Positions 1 to 9,931 of a stretch of 64,000 nucleotides of DNA are shown in pieces (position 1 is the first letter of the stretch; every line of letters begins with the position of its first letter). Under the pieces are notes generated by a model that had not been told where the DNA came from, ran no database searches, and saw nothing but the letters and a program-made list of their open reading frames with translations. Made by a program: the position numbers and the translations under genes. The stretch is from a virus. The stretch spans positions 17,908 through 81,907 of IMG/VR virus record IMGVR_UViG_3300045974_000399, one strand, 5' to 3'.

Positions 1-909
1 CCTGTTTATATTGCAATTCAAGGTGGGCCGGCTTGGGTTATTTCTTAAGTAGTTTAGGCCTCTGATGTCTGCTGATTTGAAGTTTTGTGCGGCAGATTGC
101 TCAGGGACGCTATCAACTAAGTCCTGTATAAATCGGTTCATGTTCATATTGTACGGAGGATTAATCTTGTGGTCGGATACCTTGGAGATAACTATGTCGG
201 TATTCTTTAGCTTACGGAGCCTCTCAAAGATGTGTAGAATTTCACCTGATCTACCTGGTAAGACGTTCAACACAAAGACAAGATTATCATTAGGAATGGG
301 GTCAAAATAGTCGTATGACAATCTACTGAATTCTTGGTCAAAGTTATCTACATTTAGTGACCTGAGGATCAGGATCTTTGTAGGTAGTATTCGGATAAAA
401 CCCATCAAGTCATCATCCAAGTTAAGGCCATTAGTGAATAGTGTAATGCTATCAAAAGAGTGATACACACCCAACAATAGATTCTTTAATGCCCCCTTGT
501 CAATAGTAGGCTCACCCCCAAAGATATGTAAGTCTCGTATACTAGGATATAGCTCTTTATGCTTTAAGATGTGAGTAACGGACGCAAAGTCAGCTACGGG
601 TCTATTCCTACTCAGACAATACTCGCAGCTTAGATTGCACTCTGAGTTTGATACTACCAACGTAGTGTACTTTATTTCCTTTCGGTCTAGAGTATTGGCA
701 TAAAAGATTTGTCTCTGCTTAGGCGTTACCTCTTTTAGGTACACGCTACAAAACTGAACGTCTTCTATGCCCTCGCTGGATATTGAGATCAAAGGACTTA
801 CTTCAGCAAAGTTATCAAAAAGTATGTGACCATCTTTGACTTTTATTATGAACCCAGAAGTAACATCAGACAGAGCAATTAAGTTGTTTTTGGTTATTGC
901 AGGAATCAT
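1..909 (-). CDS. Radical SAM enzyme, possibly SPASM-type peptide maturase; truncated at window edge, absent from ORF track
   Basis: Manual translation from ATG 907-909 (ATGA overlap with upstream stop): MIPAITKNN...CNLSCEYC (CxxxCxxC, 616-639)...HIFGGEP...LFTNG. No stop in the part translated (421-909); absence from the ORF track fits a frame running off the edge. Confidence 0.93.
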   Translation of the reverse strand, partial: MIPAITKNNLIALSDVTSGFIIKVKDGHILFDNFAEVSPLISISSEGIEDVQFCSVYLKEVTPKQRQIFYANTLDRKEIKYTTLVVSNSECNLSCEYCLSRNRPVADFASVTHILKHKELYPSIRDLHIFGGEPTIDKGALKNLLLGVYHSFDSITLFTNGLNLDDDLMGFIRILPTKILILRSLNVDNFDQEFSRLSYDYFDPIPNDNLVFVLNVLPGRSGEILHIFERLRKLKNTDIVISKVSDHKINPPYNMNMNRFIQDLVDSVPEQSAAQNFKSADIRGLNYLRNNPSRPTLNCNINR

Positions 910-1658
910 ATTGCAGATACTCGATAATAGCTACTGTAGATTCCAAAAGAAGTACCTGCTATGTTTATGGTCTTACCTGATTTGAACACGTACTCACCAG
1001 AAACATTGAGAGTTATCTCAGCCTTGTGCAGATGCAAATCTAGGAGTGGATATGCTCCAGTACTTGGGTTAAGCTTAAGCTCCGTTATGTCCCTTAAAAG
1101 GTAGACTGAAGCAGCGCTATCAGAGGGACTAGATACAACCTCCAGAGAAACCTGACCAAGGGGGTCATACAGATTAAAATCCAGAGTTGTCGGATAATTA
1201 GGGCTAGATACCCAAGCTTCTCTTGATCTGTAAGCTACTACCTCAAGGCCATCCCTACTAATGCACTTGGTTATCAAACGGCTTGCTAAACGAGACTGAA
1301 GAAATGCACACAGCGTATCTGGATCGCTGAAGTACAAGAGGTTTATGTCTGCGTGTCGGTATATTGTAACTCCGAGCAAGTCCGTGGTATCCAGTATTCC
1401 GAATGAGCTTAACTCAAGCTCAAACTTGCTCTTGTAAAAGGATAGATCTTTAGTCTCCTCGTAGTCAAAGCCCCTGAAGGTGAAATCCCTGGCAGTTATC
1501 AAGGATACACCTTCCCGAATATTATTGTAAAACGGCGTGGCATTCAGATTAACGTCCGTAAGGATAAGACCCGAGGGGTCACCCGCTATATCAGGTACAA
1601 CCCGAATTAAGTCTGCCGTGCTAGCTGCATTCTTGTCTTTAACCATTAAGATCAACAT
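906..1658 (-). CDS. Hypothetical protein between tail fibre and radical SAM gene
   Basis: 250 aa ORF, AGGAG RBS, stop overlaps the radical SAM start. Confidence 0.6.
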   Translation of the reverse strand: MLILMVKDKNAASTADLIRVVPDIAGDPSGLILTDVNLNATPFYNNIREGVSLITARDFTFRGFDYEETKDLSFYKSKFELELSSFGILDTTDLLGVTIYRHADINLLYFSDPDTLCAFLQSRLASRLITKCISRDGLEVVAYRSREAWVSSPNYPTTLDFNLYDPLGQVSLEVVSSPSDSAASVYLLRDITELKLNPSTGAYPLLDLHLHKAEITLNVSGEYVFKSGKTINIAGTSFGIYSSYYRVSAI

Positions 1659-1685
1659 GTGTTTGTCTCCTAGAGAAGATTGACG

Positions 1686-3812
1686 TTACATCATTCCTTG
1701 GCAGCAGCTATGCGGAGAATAAAACTGACAAGTGCAAGGACAGGTACAGGTACAAGTGCAAGTACATGAGCAAAACTGAACGTTAGGCGGGTTAGAGTCA
1801 GAATATGGAACATACACAGGATTACTCGGGTCCGAAGTAAACGTTAGCTTTAGTGCATTCCCCAGAATCATATCCTTAGCTGGAACCAGAACATGGGCGG
1901 CAGCTGCATCCGTTTTATCGTATGCTAGTAAATTATACTGACCTGCCAATTTTTCAGCAGAAACCGGAGGGGCGATACCGTTCAAAGTAACTGTATTAGT
2001 TGCATTGTCCAGAGCTATGGTTAGGTAGCTACCTACAGCAATATTAAGAACATCCTCCGTGCCCTTGGCTATGATAGGTGTTTTACCTGGAGAGGCTATC
2101 GTTTTATACGCCAGCAACGTGCCGAGATTTGTTATGGTCATGGTTTTATTTACAGGGTCTGTTATTACAGCAACACCTGTACCACCATTTACTACCAGAG
2201 TATCCTGTAAAGCATTCATGTTAATTTGACCCTGCGAAGCATAGGCAGGGGTACTATTCGAGACCGCAATAGAGTGAACGTTCTGAGTGGTGTTTGTAAC
2301 CGTTATGGTCTCGGTAGCTGGATCTGTGGCTAAACCTATTCCCGGTCCAGCGCTAATTGCTCTCCGTGTTCCAACAATTCTACCCCAGGTAGAGTTACCT
2401 TCGTAGATAAGATAATCTCCAACGTTAAAGTGAACCCCACCCATTGTACCCTGAAGAGATATCTTCCAGTAGTGACCCTGACGAAGTTCAGTAAATATCG
2501 TGGTTGGTGTAGCGGGAGGATAAACTCCAGAGGAAGCGTCCCAAAGCCCTTTGTATAAGACATAGGGTAGCTCTGTGTTGTCAATCTTGTCCCACAAGCC
2601 AGTTCCTTCGTATACCAGCCAGTCACCTGTTTGGTAAGCTACGTTATTCAAGACCCCACCTACAGCGATAACGTAGTAACTACCGGGTGTTACTGCGTTG
2701 TTTGGATATCCTGCTGCGCCGGCATAAGTTCCATCTGGATTCTTGATATTCCAGCGACCTGCATATACCAAACCGGCAACGTGAGAGTAGGGCAATGACC
2801 AGATTATGATGTTTGATTTATCCGCCTCATTGTTAGCCGCCATGTTTACAACTTGGCTGGTGGGTATGATTGTTCCTGTTGTGGTTATCCCACAAGGATC
2901 CGAACTTTCCGGGGTAGCACCTGTTGCACCCAGCAAAGATAAGGCTTCATACAGCACCTCAAACTTACCTGTAAGTGCACCTGAACTGTGATACTTTATC
3001 GCCCGACATTGACCCTTACCTCGACCGGAATAGATATACATGAACGCCCAGTCAACAGAAATAAGTGGTGGCGGGGAGTCTACGATTAACGCAGAAAACA
3101 AGGTAAACGTATTGTGTACTCCGTCACCTGCCCCTGGAGAAGTTTCAGGAACGTCAGATGTAACACTCGTTACGGTACCCTGATATAGCAAGGAGCCATT
3201 CAAGAGACCCCAAGCTAGTGGGCCAGTATCAGACATTGCATACCGGGTAACGATTGCAGGATGAATCTTGGTATTCGTGGGAGAGTAATCCTTTGTTATC
3301 CCATGATTGACCACGTAGGCGTTACTTCCCGTCTTGGCAGGATGAGGAAGATCCCCATAGAAGTTGACTCGGGGTAAACTCATGGCCCAAGTCAGAGTCA
3401 AGTCAACTACTGAGCCCAAATAAGGAGATAATAAGACACAGTGCGTCTTATATATCTGACCAGGCTGCTTGACTATAGGCTCCGCGTAACAGGTAAGGGC
3501 AAAAAGTATCTGGACTCCAGCATTATTGGGGTCATCAATGTATAGACCGATTTCCCCAATAAACAAAGGACCTAGACCGGATGCGGTAACAGGTACAGTA
3601 CATACAAAGTCCATTACCTCATCCGTTAAAACGTCTACTGTGCCTATTGTCCCCTCGTACACTATTTCCCCATGAAGTGCAGTGTCCTCTTTCACAGGCG
3701 AGTAGTTTGTTCCGCTGCCTACCTTGAAGTTGAGTATCTGAAGCTTTATCTGCTTTGAGTTCGCATCAAGTATTCTTTCGTACCCGATGGCTGTTATCTG
3801 CATAGTGCTCAT
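1686..3812 (-). CDS. Tail fibre protein with Cys-rich C-terminus
   Basis: N-terminal baseplate-attachment-like segment (FKVGSG...IGEIGLY...LFA), repeated G.W.....YP / GD.L.Y.G...W modules, ends CSCTCTCTCTCPCTCQFYSPHSCCQGMM. Start moved to ATG 3812 (GGAG RBS). Confidence 0.8.
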   Translation of the reverse strand: MSTMQITAIGYERILDANSKQIKLQILNFKVGSGTNYSPVKEDTALHGEIVYEGTIGTVDVLTDEVMDFVCTVPVTASGLGPLFIGEIGLYIDDPNNAGVQILFALTCYAEPIVKQPGQIYKTHCVLLSPYLGSVVDLTLTWAMSLPRVNFYGDLPHPAKTGSNAYVVNHGITKDYSPTNTKIHPAIVTRYAMSDTGPLAWGLLNGSLLYQGTVTSVTSDVPETSPGAGDGVHNTFTLFSALIVDSPPPLISVDWAFMYIYSGRGKGQCRAIKYHSSGALTGKFEVLYEALSLLGATGATPESSDPCGITTTGTIIPTSQVVNMAANNEADKSNIIIWSLPYSHVAGLVYAGRWNIKNPDGTYAGAAGYPNNAVTPGSYYVIAVGGVLNNVAYQTGDWLVYEGTGLWDKIDNTELPYVLYKGLWDASSGVYPPATPTTIFTELRQGHYWKISLQGTMGGVHFNVGDYLIYEGNSTWGRIVGTRRAISAGPGIGLATDPATETITVTNTTQNVHSIAVSNSTPAYASQGQINMNALQDTLVVNGGTGVAVITDPVNKTMTITNLGTLLAYKTIASPGKTPIIAKGTEDVLNIAVGSYLTIALDNATNTVTLNGIAPPVSAEKLAGQYNLLAYDKTDAAAAHVLVPAKDMILGNALKLTFTSDPSNPVYVPYSDSNPPNVQFCSCTCTCTCTCPCTCQFYSPHSCCQGMM

Positions 3813-3840
3813 ACTGCTCTCCTTTTTGGTACGAAATTTC

Positions 3841-5679
3841 CTAGCCAAAATCCACTATTTTTCGAGACTTAACATCAGATAACTTTGCCACGTTTCTGCA
3901 TAAATACTGGATAGTAACACCTTCTTCAATCTCAGAGCACTCAGGAGTAATTTCCACTAGTCTAGGTATCCCGAATATAACCGCGTTATAGTCAGGATAT
4001 GGAGAGTACAAAACCATCTCAGAAGGAGCAAGCATGTAAAACATATCTACTACGCTCTTATCTAAAGGTAAATGCACAATATCATCTCGGGTATATGGCC
4101 TAAGATGATTCCAGTAGCTACGATATGTAGCCGGTGTAGTTATACTTGATATGAGCGCCCAGGATGAGGGGTTAGTTGTAGGATACTGATTCGTAGACAA
4201 TGCCCCTGATGCTACAGTGCACTTGTAAAATTTGCCCGAGGTCAACTCATACCTAGAGGTAGCATAAGGTTTTCCCGAGCCAACGTGAACTATATCTCCT
4301 ATATTGTACGGAATGAAAGGGTTCCAGATACCTTTGTGGGCTGCGGCGTCCGCGTCGGTCCAAATCAGACTGGAGGATCTAACTGACCACTTACTTAAGG
4401 TATCCGCGGGAGTAACATTGGGATTTATATGACCAATTCTAGGGTCTCCTGCGGTTAAGGTAGGATAGTGTAGATTAGACCCCATCATAAGATATATCGG
4501 TGCATAGTTTACAGTGCACACGTAGTCAATACCTGGGTCATTCTCATAAATTTCAGTCGTATAAATATTAGTTACAGGATTTACTGGTAGAGTCTCAGGA
4601 CGATAAAATAGCAGATAATTGCGGGTGTATAACTGAGTCAGAGTCCACGTGTCTGTAGGATCGCGCTGTTTCAACAGGAAGTTCAACAACAGCATGAATT
4701 TATCTGTGCCAGCCACAGACTTATACCTAGAAAGGTATATAACATAGTTAAGAAATGTTCCTGATAAAAGCCAGCTGAATTTGCTGAGGTCAAATCCCAA
4801 AAGTTTAGAGGTACGTGAAACTATTTCTGGATGAGTATCAATGGTTATCTGCCTAAGCCTACCTAGCTCTACGATAGGCATATCTACCTGGTCAAGAAGT
4901 GTTTCATCCGAAGCGGAAATATAGTCGGCAATGAACGGAGAATCCTGCATCCAAGGGGGTGCTTGTTTCTTACGAAGCGGAATATACTCCCACACTTTAA
5001 CGTATATATTCCAAGAAGTAACCGTAACAATAGAGTCTGGATCTACTCCACCTACAGAATCAGAGTCAACGCCACCAATGGAATCAACGCTTACGGTTAA
5101 ACTTGTTGGACTAGAAGAGGTTACAAATCCCTCAACAAAGGTCTTACTCTTTCCAGGTAGGGTACAGGAACAACGCACTCTTTCATTTACTGCTATTGTG
5201 TTCCCTGTAACTACAAACGTTAAACTACCATACCCGATATTATGAGAGGTCGAACTAGTTATTGGGGTGGTATAAAAATCCTTCCGAAAGGAAGCCGATG
5301 ACTCATGCCGAGAAACGCACACAAAGTGTATATGACCATACAGAACAATCTCATTCTCAGAGTACAGATGTCTAAATATCCAAGGTCGAGGTAAATCCCA
5401 GGACAGTCTATTCCAGCGACGCGCTAAGAAATCGGTCTTAAATAGCGTACTCGGGTTATGCGCTATCACGCACTCATAAACTGAGTTGTCATATTTTACA
5501 TTTTGTCCCACCTGGTATAGTTTTGTCCATATAGCGGGGTTTGATTCTGGAGCTTTCCCAACATTACTTTCTACCGCTGTATATATGAATCCGCTCCGAA
5601 GTACTACTGCGTTTATCAGATACGCTGTGCCAATATTCCAGGGCGTAGTAATTCCAGGTTTCCATATGTCCGCTCGCAT
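3841..5679 (-). CDS. Baseplate wedge / tail protein with carbohydrate-binding (CBM5/12-like) repeats
   Basis: Several W....Y..G..V.Y....Y.C...H repeats; central LLGFD...GT segment; lies between wedge gene and fibre. Start ATG 5679 with AGGAGG. Confidence 0.65.
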   Translation of the reverse strand: MRADIWKPGITTPWNIGTAYLINAVVLRSGFIYTAVESNVGKAPESNPAIWTKLYQVGQNVKYDNSVYECVIAHNPSTLFKTDFLARRWNRLSWDLPRPWIFRHLYSENEIVLYGHIHFVCVSRHESSASFRKDFYTTPITSSTSHNIGYGSLTFVVTGNTIAVNERVRCSCTLPGKSKTFVEGFVTSSSPTSLTVSVDSIGGVDSDSVGGVDPDSIVTVTSWNIYVKVWEYIPLRKKQAPPWMQDSPFIADYISASDETLLDQVDMPIVELGRLRQITIDTHPEIVSRTSKLLGFDLSKFSWLLSGTFLNYVIYLSRYKSVAGTDKFMLLLNFLLKQRDPTDTWTLTQLYTRNYLLFYRPETLPVNPVTNIYTTEIYENDPGIDYVCTVNYAPIYLMMGSNLHYPTLTAGDPRIGHINPNVTPADTLSKWSVRSSSLIWTDADAAAHKGIWNPFIPYNIGDIVHVGSGKPYATSRYELTSGKFYKCTVASGALSTNQYPTTNPSSWALISSITTPATYRSYWNHLRPYTRDDIVHLPLDKSVVDMFYMLAPSEMVLYSPYPDYNAVIFGIPRLVEITPECSEIEEGVTIQYLCRNVAKLSDVKSRKIVDFG

Positions 5680-5689
5680 GGAGTTCCTC

Positions 5690-7642
5690 CTAGTTCGGAA
5701 TAAGCTGTATTGAACCGTCAGCTCTAGTAACCTTAGTAAAGTTACCAGCCGCCTCCGAGGGGTCCACATAATTTACAGTATTCCGACTGGAGTAACCGGT
5801 TTCAATAACCAGATCACTACTGGAAACACTTATGTATGCGGGGGGTGTTGGTATGCCCGTTACGGGATGCACCGAAATTGGTATAGGGATAAAGTCAGAC
5901 GCAGGTACTAAGTCACCCGCTGGAGTTGGGTCAAAAAACTCTATATAGTCAATTTCAGGAATACTTGTCTTAAGGATATTAGATATATCTGTGAGTGCTA
6001 TTCGCTTATTCAATATCTGCTGGCTTGTGCTGAACACACTCAAAATAAAAGTTCTAGCACTAGCTGCAACCGTGGATAAATCTGTCCTCAAAAAGCACAT
6101 TATCTTTACTTGTAACTTGCGGGCATCCTTTATAGGATTCTGAGGTTTAAGAATTGAACCCTTATACTTATACTGGTCAAACCAGGTTAGAAACGCTGCC
6201 CACTCTGAGTTTGTCCAGTTTACGCCTGTATCAGAAAGAATACTCACCCATATTAGATTCATAAGCTTTGGGTGTGCATCTGTGGTTGTAAGGATATAAT
6301 CCACGGTCTCAACAGGATTTATTGGAGGCTCTGCGCTCTTATCCCAGAGTGGAATCATCATCTTAAGCAAGAGATCTCTTTCAAAGCGAATACAGACATC
6401 TCCAACCCCTGGATACGATAAACAATATGCAATATGGTCATCTGTTGTAACTGCTCTACAATTAGCTTTGAAGAGCATTGAGGCAGTAGCTTTGTAATAG
6501 CGTGCCGGCCTTTCATCATGCCCTGTGGCAGTAGTAGTCAAAATCCAAGTGCCTGCAGCTAACAGTTTTGCCTTGAAGTTATTTACGATAGATACAGTAG
6601 CATCCCTGCCGGAAACATGAACAATGGTTCCTATTCCGACTCCAGTTACCTCTTCTATCTGAAGTCCGACAAAAGACTTAGACCAAATACTACCAACAGG
6701 TAGATTAAATATTGGCAGCGCATCTGTGATTGAACTGATTTGAATAGATACGCTAGAAAGAGTCATACCCTCTGCGCTTTGCAGTACATTATCACGAGTT
6801 ACAAATCCCTTGACACCCTGTGGGGGTGTACTATTTAGGATAGCATTCAGAGTTACCGAGCTAAAGACCGAAGTAATTGGAGAACTGGCACCTAGGGTCT
6901 CAACATAAGTTATTTCTATGCTAGATCCATAAGCTGGTTTGGCACCATTTATTCCGTTACCAAATTGTAGTACAACGTCACCTGTCCCTAAGGTATCATC
7001 CACAAAAACAGTTGCGGAGGGGCCATAATTCCAAAGGCCGTCAATTATGCGTGTCCAAGTTACACCGCCAATTATCATCCTTATGTCTAAGTCTGAGATA
7101 CTCATTGGAGATATAGCAGGTATCGACAACTGCTGAAAGTCTGTTCCATCGGAAACATAGTTTCTGTAGTATAGAGAACCTTGATGTATAAATACTTTAT
7201 CAATTGCTGAAGTTGGATTACCTGAGATATCATTGGCAAAAGTTATCGGCGTTCGATTGAAGTAGTCAACACCAAGAACGTTAAACTGGGAGTACTCAGG
7301 AATAGTTACAGTTCCGGTTATTGGAAGAGTATCCTGAGAAAACCTGTTAAGCGTTATAATTTGCGCTGCAGGAAGCTTACGCATTATCCTAACACCTAGC
7401 ATCCGAGTAAGCGCATATATCGTGCTATCTCTATTTGCTGTGTCAAAAAAACCTTCCTTTAGTGACTGCTCGATAGACCACTGATTGTAGGTTCCAATTG
7501 CGCTGTTATGCTCAATCAGAGTTTCACCTGTAGACCCTTCGTTAAGATCAGTCCAAGAGTCTCTTTGCTTAAGGTCATCCTGAAGCGCAGCTACATAGGA
7601 TGTAAAATCTGCTTTTACGTTTATTAAATCCAGTTTTGGCAT
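5690..7642 (-). CDS. Baseplate wedge subunit (T4 gp6 / gpJ-like)
   Basis: W.D..EGS.G..L, F.DTA..., V.FG.G..G..P, Y..T.G and RAVT..D motifs; follows a gp25-like gene. Confidence 0.85.
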   Translation of the reverse strand: MPKLDLINVKADFTSYVAALQDDLKQRDSWTDLNEGSTGETLIEHNSAIGTYNQWSIEQSLKEGFFDTANRDSTIYALTRMLGVRIMRKLPAAQIITLNRFSQDTLPITGTVTIPEYSQFNVLGVDYFNRTPITFANDISGNPTSAIDKVFIHQGSLYYRNYVSDGTDFQQLSIPAISPMSISDLDIRMIIGGVTWTRIIDGLWNYGPSATVFVDDTLGTGDVVLQFGNGINGAKPAYGSSIEITYVETLGASSPITSVFSSVTLNAILNSTPPQGVKGFVTRDNVLQSAEGMTLSSVSIQISSITDALPIFNLPVGSIWSKSFVGLQIEEVTGVGIGTIVHVSGRDATVSIVNNFKAKLLAAGTWILTTTATGHDERPARYYKATASMLFKANCRAVTTDDHIAYCLSYPGVGDVCIRFERDLLLKMMIPLWDKSAEPPINPVETVDYILTTTDAHPKLMNLIWVSILSDTGVNWTNSEWAAFLTWFDQYKYKGSILKPQNPIKDARKLQVKIMCFLRTDLSTVAASARTFILSVFSTSQQILNKRIALTDISNILKTSIPEIDYIEFFDPTPAGDLVPASDFIPIPISVHPVTGIPTPPAYISVSSSDLVIETGYSSRNTVNYVDPSEAAGNFTKVTRADGSIQLIPN

Positions 7643-7663
7643 CGGCTGTGCCTCCCTAAAGTA

Positions 7664-8041
7664 TTAGCTGCGCTTGAAAACCAAAGGAACTGTTGACTTA
7701 GAACCTGTAGCCATATTAACTATTACCAGCGATATATAATAAGCGCTATCGTCTTGAGATTCCACTACCGCAGTTTCATCTTCTACTACTTTACCCCGTG
7801 GCTCATACTGCGCCGCGTACATCATTTCATCTTTGATGTAGGATGCTGTAAGAGCACAAACCGGCTGAAATAGAAGACTGATTATGTCGCACCCAAGATA
7901 ATACTTGAAGGGACGGTCTCCCCTTAGGGTGCTAAACAAGTTTATAAAACTATTCAGAATGGCGCGGTCGTCTTCCAGTAAGATAACGTTAGAATCGGCC
8001 CCAAAGAAAGTGTTGATATCCCTGTAAAGTGGCTTTGACAT
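7664..8041 (-). CDS. Baseplate wedge / sheath initiator (T4 gp25-like)
   Basis: AI.NS..NLFST.RG.RPF...GC.I..LLF and YEPR motifs. Confidence 0.9.
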   Translation of the reverse strand: MSKPLYRDINTFFGADSNVILLEDDRAILNSFINLFSTLRGDRPFKYYLGCDIISLLFQPVCALTASYIKDEMMYAAQYEPRGKVVEDETAVVESQDDSAYYISLVIVNMATGSKSTVPLVFKRS

Positions 8042-8078
8042 GTCTGTTACTCCCTAAATTACATAATCTTCCGTACTC

Positions 8079-9917
8079 TTAAGGGCGTGGTATCGGGGCG
8101 TCTGCTGCCTCTTTACCCTGGTTTATAACGGCAGTTAAGGTCTCGCCTCTGTAGGTAGCGGTTATAATATCCGTTCTAGGTACTCCTGCGATAGGCATGA
8201 TTACGGTTCCCGGACAAGTGTAAAGTCCAGATCCAGAAATAGTACCACCTAGGCTACCCGACACAGACCAAGTTGTTCCTACAGGAGCCTGTAATTGTAG
8301 TGTACGCCCAACCTCTACAAATGCACTAATAGGACTGAGCGTAAATTCTACTGCGGGAATAACTACGTAGGGGTTAACCACGGAAATAATATTTGTGTCT
8401 CTTGGACCTTCTAGCTCAGACATTCTGACGGTTTCATCCTGAGCTATGGGAGACGCATACTGGGTAAGCGGTAAATCATTCGGTACAATCATTACCACTA
8501 CCTCTACTTGTGCATAAGATATCTTGGTAGGATCTTTGTCACTGGTTATCTTTACCGTTACAATTTTTGCTACCCTTGGTGCGGTGTATAAACCAGTATC
8601 ACTTATTGTTCCAACATACCCGCTACCAGCTACTTCCCATAGAACCTTTTTGTTACCTGTACCTTCAACAACTGCAGTGAACTGATACTGCTCTCCGATG
8701 TTTACTTTAATGATACTTGGGTACACCTGAATGAATACTTCCTCTTCAGTCGGTTTTATAAGGGCCAGCTGCGTTGAATACGAAACAAGTAGGTTGGCGT
8801 ATGTGGTGGCTTTTATTGTTACAAATTCTGATGCTGATAGATTGGGAGTAGCGGTATAGAATCCATCCGCGTCTATTGTTCCGGAGCCAACCACACTCCA
8901 TATAACTCGATTGTTTGTAGACCCACTGACATACGCATAAAACTGGATTGTCCCGTCTAGCATTACCGAGGAATTTTCTGGACTTATTGTCAAGGAAACA
9001 ATTGCGTCACCCACACGATTACCCACTTCTGTCCCCGGGTAAATAAATCCGTCTGGATCGGGCACGTTTATCCCAATCTCAAGCTCAGGCGTAAACAAAG
9101 CTTGTAAGTCAGCATATCTACTATACATGGCGGAAGGGTCGACTCCAGTCATACAGGCGCAGAACCCACAAGTTGAAAGAAAGGGATTATCGGGAGGTCG
9201 ATTTGCTTCTGATTGCAGACGTGTGAAGATACCCCCGGAGGCAGGTGGTAGCATAATCATATACCCGCCTGCAGCAGCAAGGTTACCCATGAAGGCATTG
9301 GCTGAGGCTAATGCAGAATGATTTGCACTCAAAGCAAGACCCGCCGTTTTGGATGCGTAGCTTATATCCGCCATAATCCCCGTTATGGCATTAGCCACGC
9401 TATCCATTGTGCCGCCTAAACCAGGCATAAGATCTCTAAGCGTGGCAGACAGCCAAATATCTGTTGTAATACTGGGCGGATTAGGTTTTGGCGGTTGTAT
9501 CTTTGCCGTATTATTTATCCTGTCTGGCGGGCGAGCTATCTCTTTTACGATATCCAAAGAGGCCTTCATTTGAGCGTAGGTATCCAATAGAACATCGAAC
9601 TCAGGGGCAATAAAAATGCTGCAAACGCCCGTCGAAAAACCAGAGTTGAGCGGGGCATTAGCAGCCATTTCTAAGCGTGACAGCCAGTTGCCACGAGCAG
9701 GGGAAAGTCGGATAACGTAAAAGCCTGACGCTTCAAGTGCCGAGATTAAGGCTTCCATAGCTTGCATCTGAGCAGATATAGTTCCAAGCGCCATGTCTAA
9801 CACAGCTTTTAGCGCAACGAGTTTAAGCATCTCTTTAGACAAACCTGCTGATAGCGCATTTACAGAGGCTGCGACAGGACCAAGAGCTGCGGCTAGCGTT
9901 ACAGAGGACCAGGGCAT
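8079..9917 (-). CDS. Virion protein with internal duplication and Ig-like (Big_2-type) repeats
   Basis: Three repeats of ISP......G...QF.A.V.G..N..V.WSV...GTI...G.YTA. Confidence 0.7.
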   Translation of the reverse strand: MPWSSVTLAAALGPVAASVNALSAGLSKEMLKLVALKAVLDMALGTISAQMQAMEALISALEASGFYVIRLSPARGNWLSRLEMAANAPLNSGFSTGVCSIFIAPEFDVLLDTYAQMKASLDIVKEIARPPDRINNTAKIQPPKPNPPSITTDIWLSATLRDLMPGLGGTMDSVANAITGIMADISYASKTAGLALSANHSALASANAFMGNLAAAGGYMIMLPPASGGIFTRLQSEANRPPDNPFLSTCGFCACMTGVDPSAMYSRYADLQALFTPELEIGINVPDPDGFIYPGTEVGNRVGDAIVSLTISPENSSVMLDGTIQFYAYVSGSTNNRVIWSVVGSGTIDADGFYTATPNLSASEFVTIKATTYANLLVSYSTQLALIKPTEEEVFIQVYPSIIKVNIGEQYQFTAVVEGTGNKKVLWEVAGSGYVGTISDTGLYTAPRVAKIVTVKITSDKDPTKISYAQVEVVVMIVPNDLPLTQYASPIAQDETVRMSELEGPRDTNIISVVNPYVVIPAVEFTLSPISAFVEVGRTLQLQAPVGTTWSVSGSLGGTISGSGLYTCPGTVIMPIAGVPRTDIITATYRGETLTAVINQGKEAADAPIPRP

Positions 9918-9931
9918 GTTATTGCTCCTTG

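Noticed and set aside
65-310. 81-aa plus-strand ORF
   Set aside because: Antisense to the radical SAM gene.
745-759. VQFCS occurs in both the radical SAM N-terminus and just before the fibre Cys ladder
   Set aside because: A single 5-aa match with no flanking similarity; likely chance.
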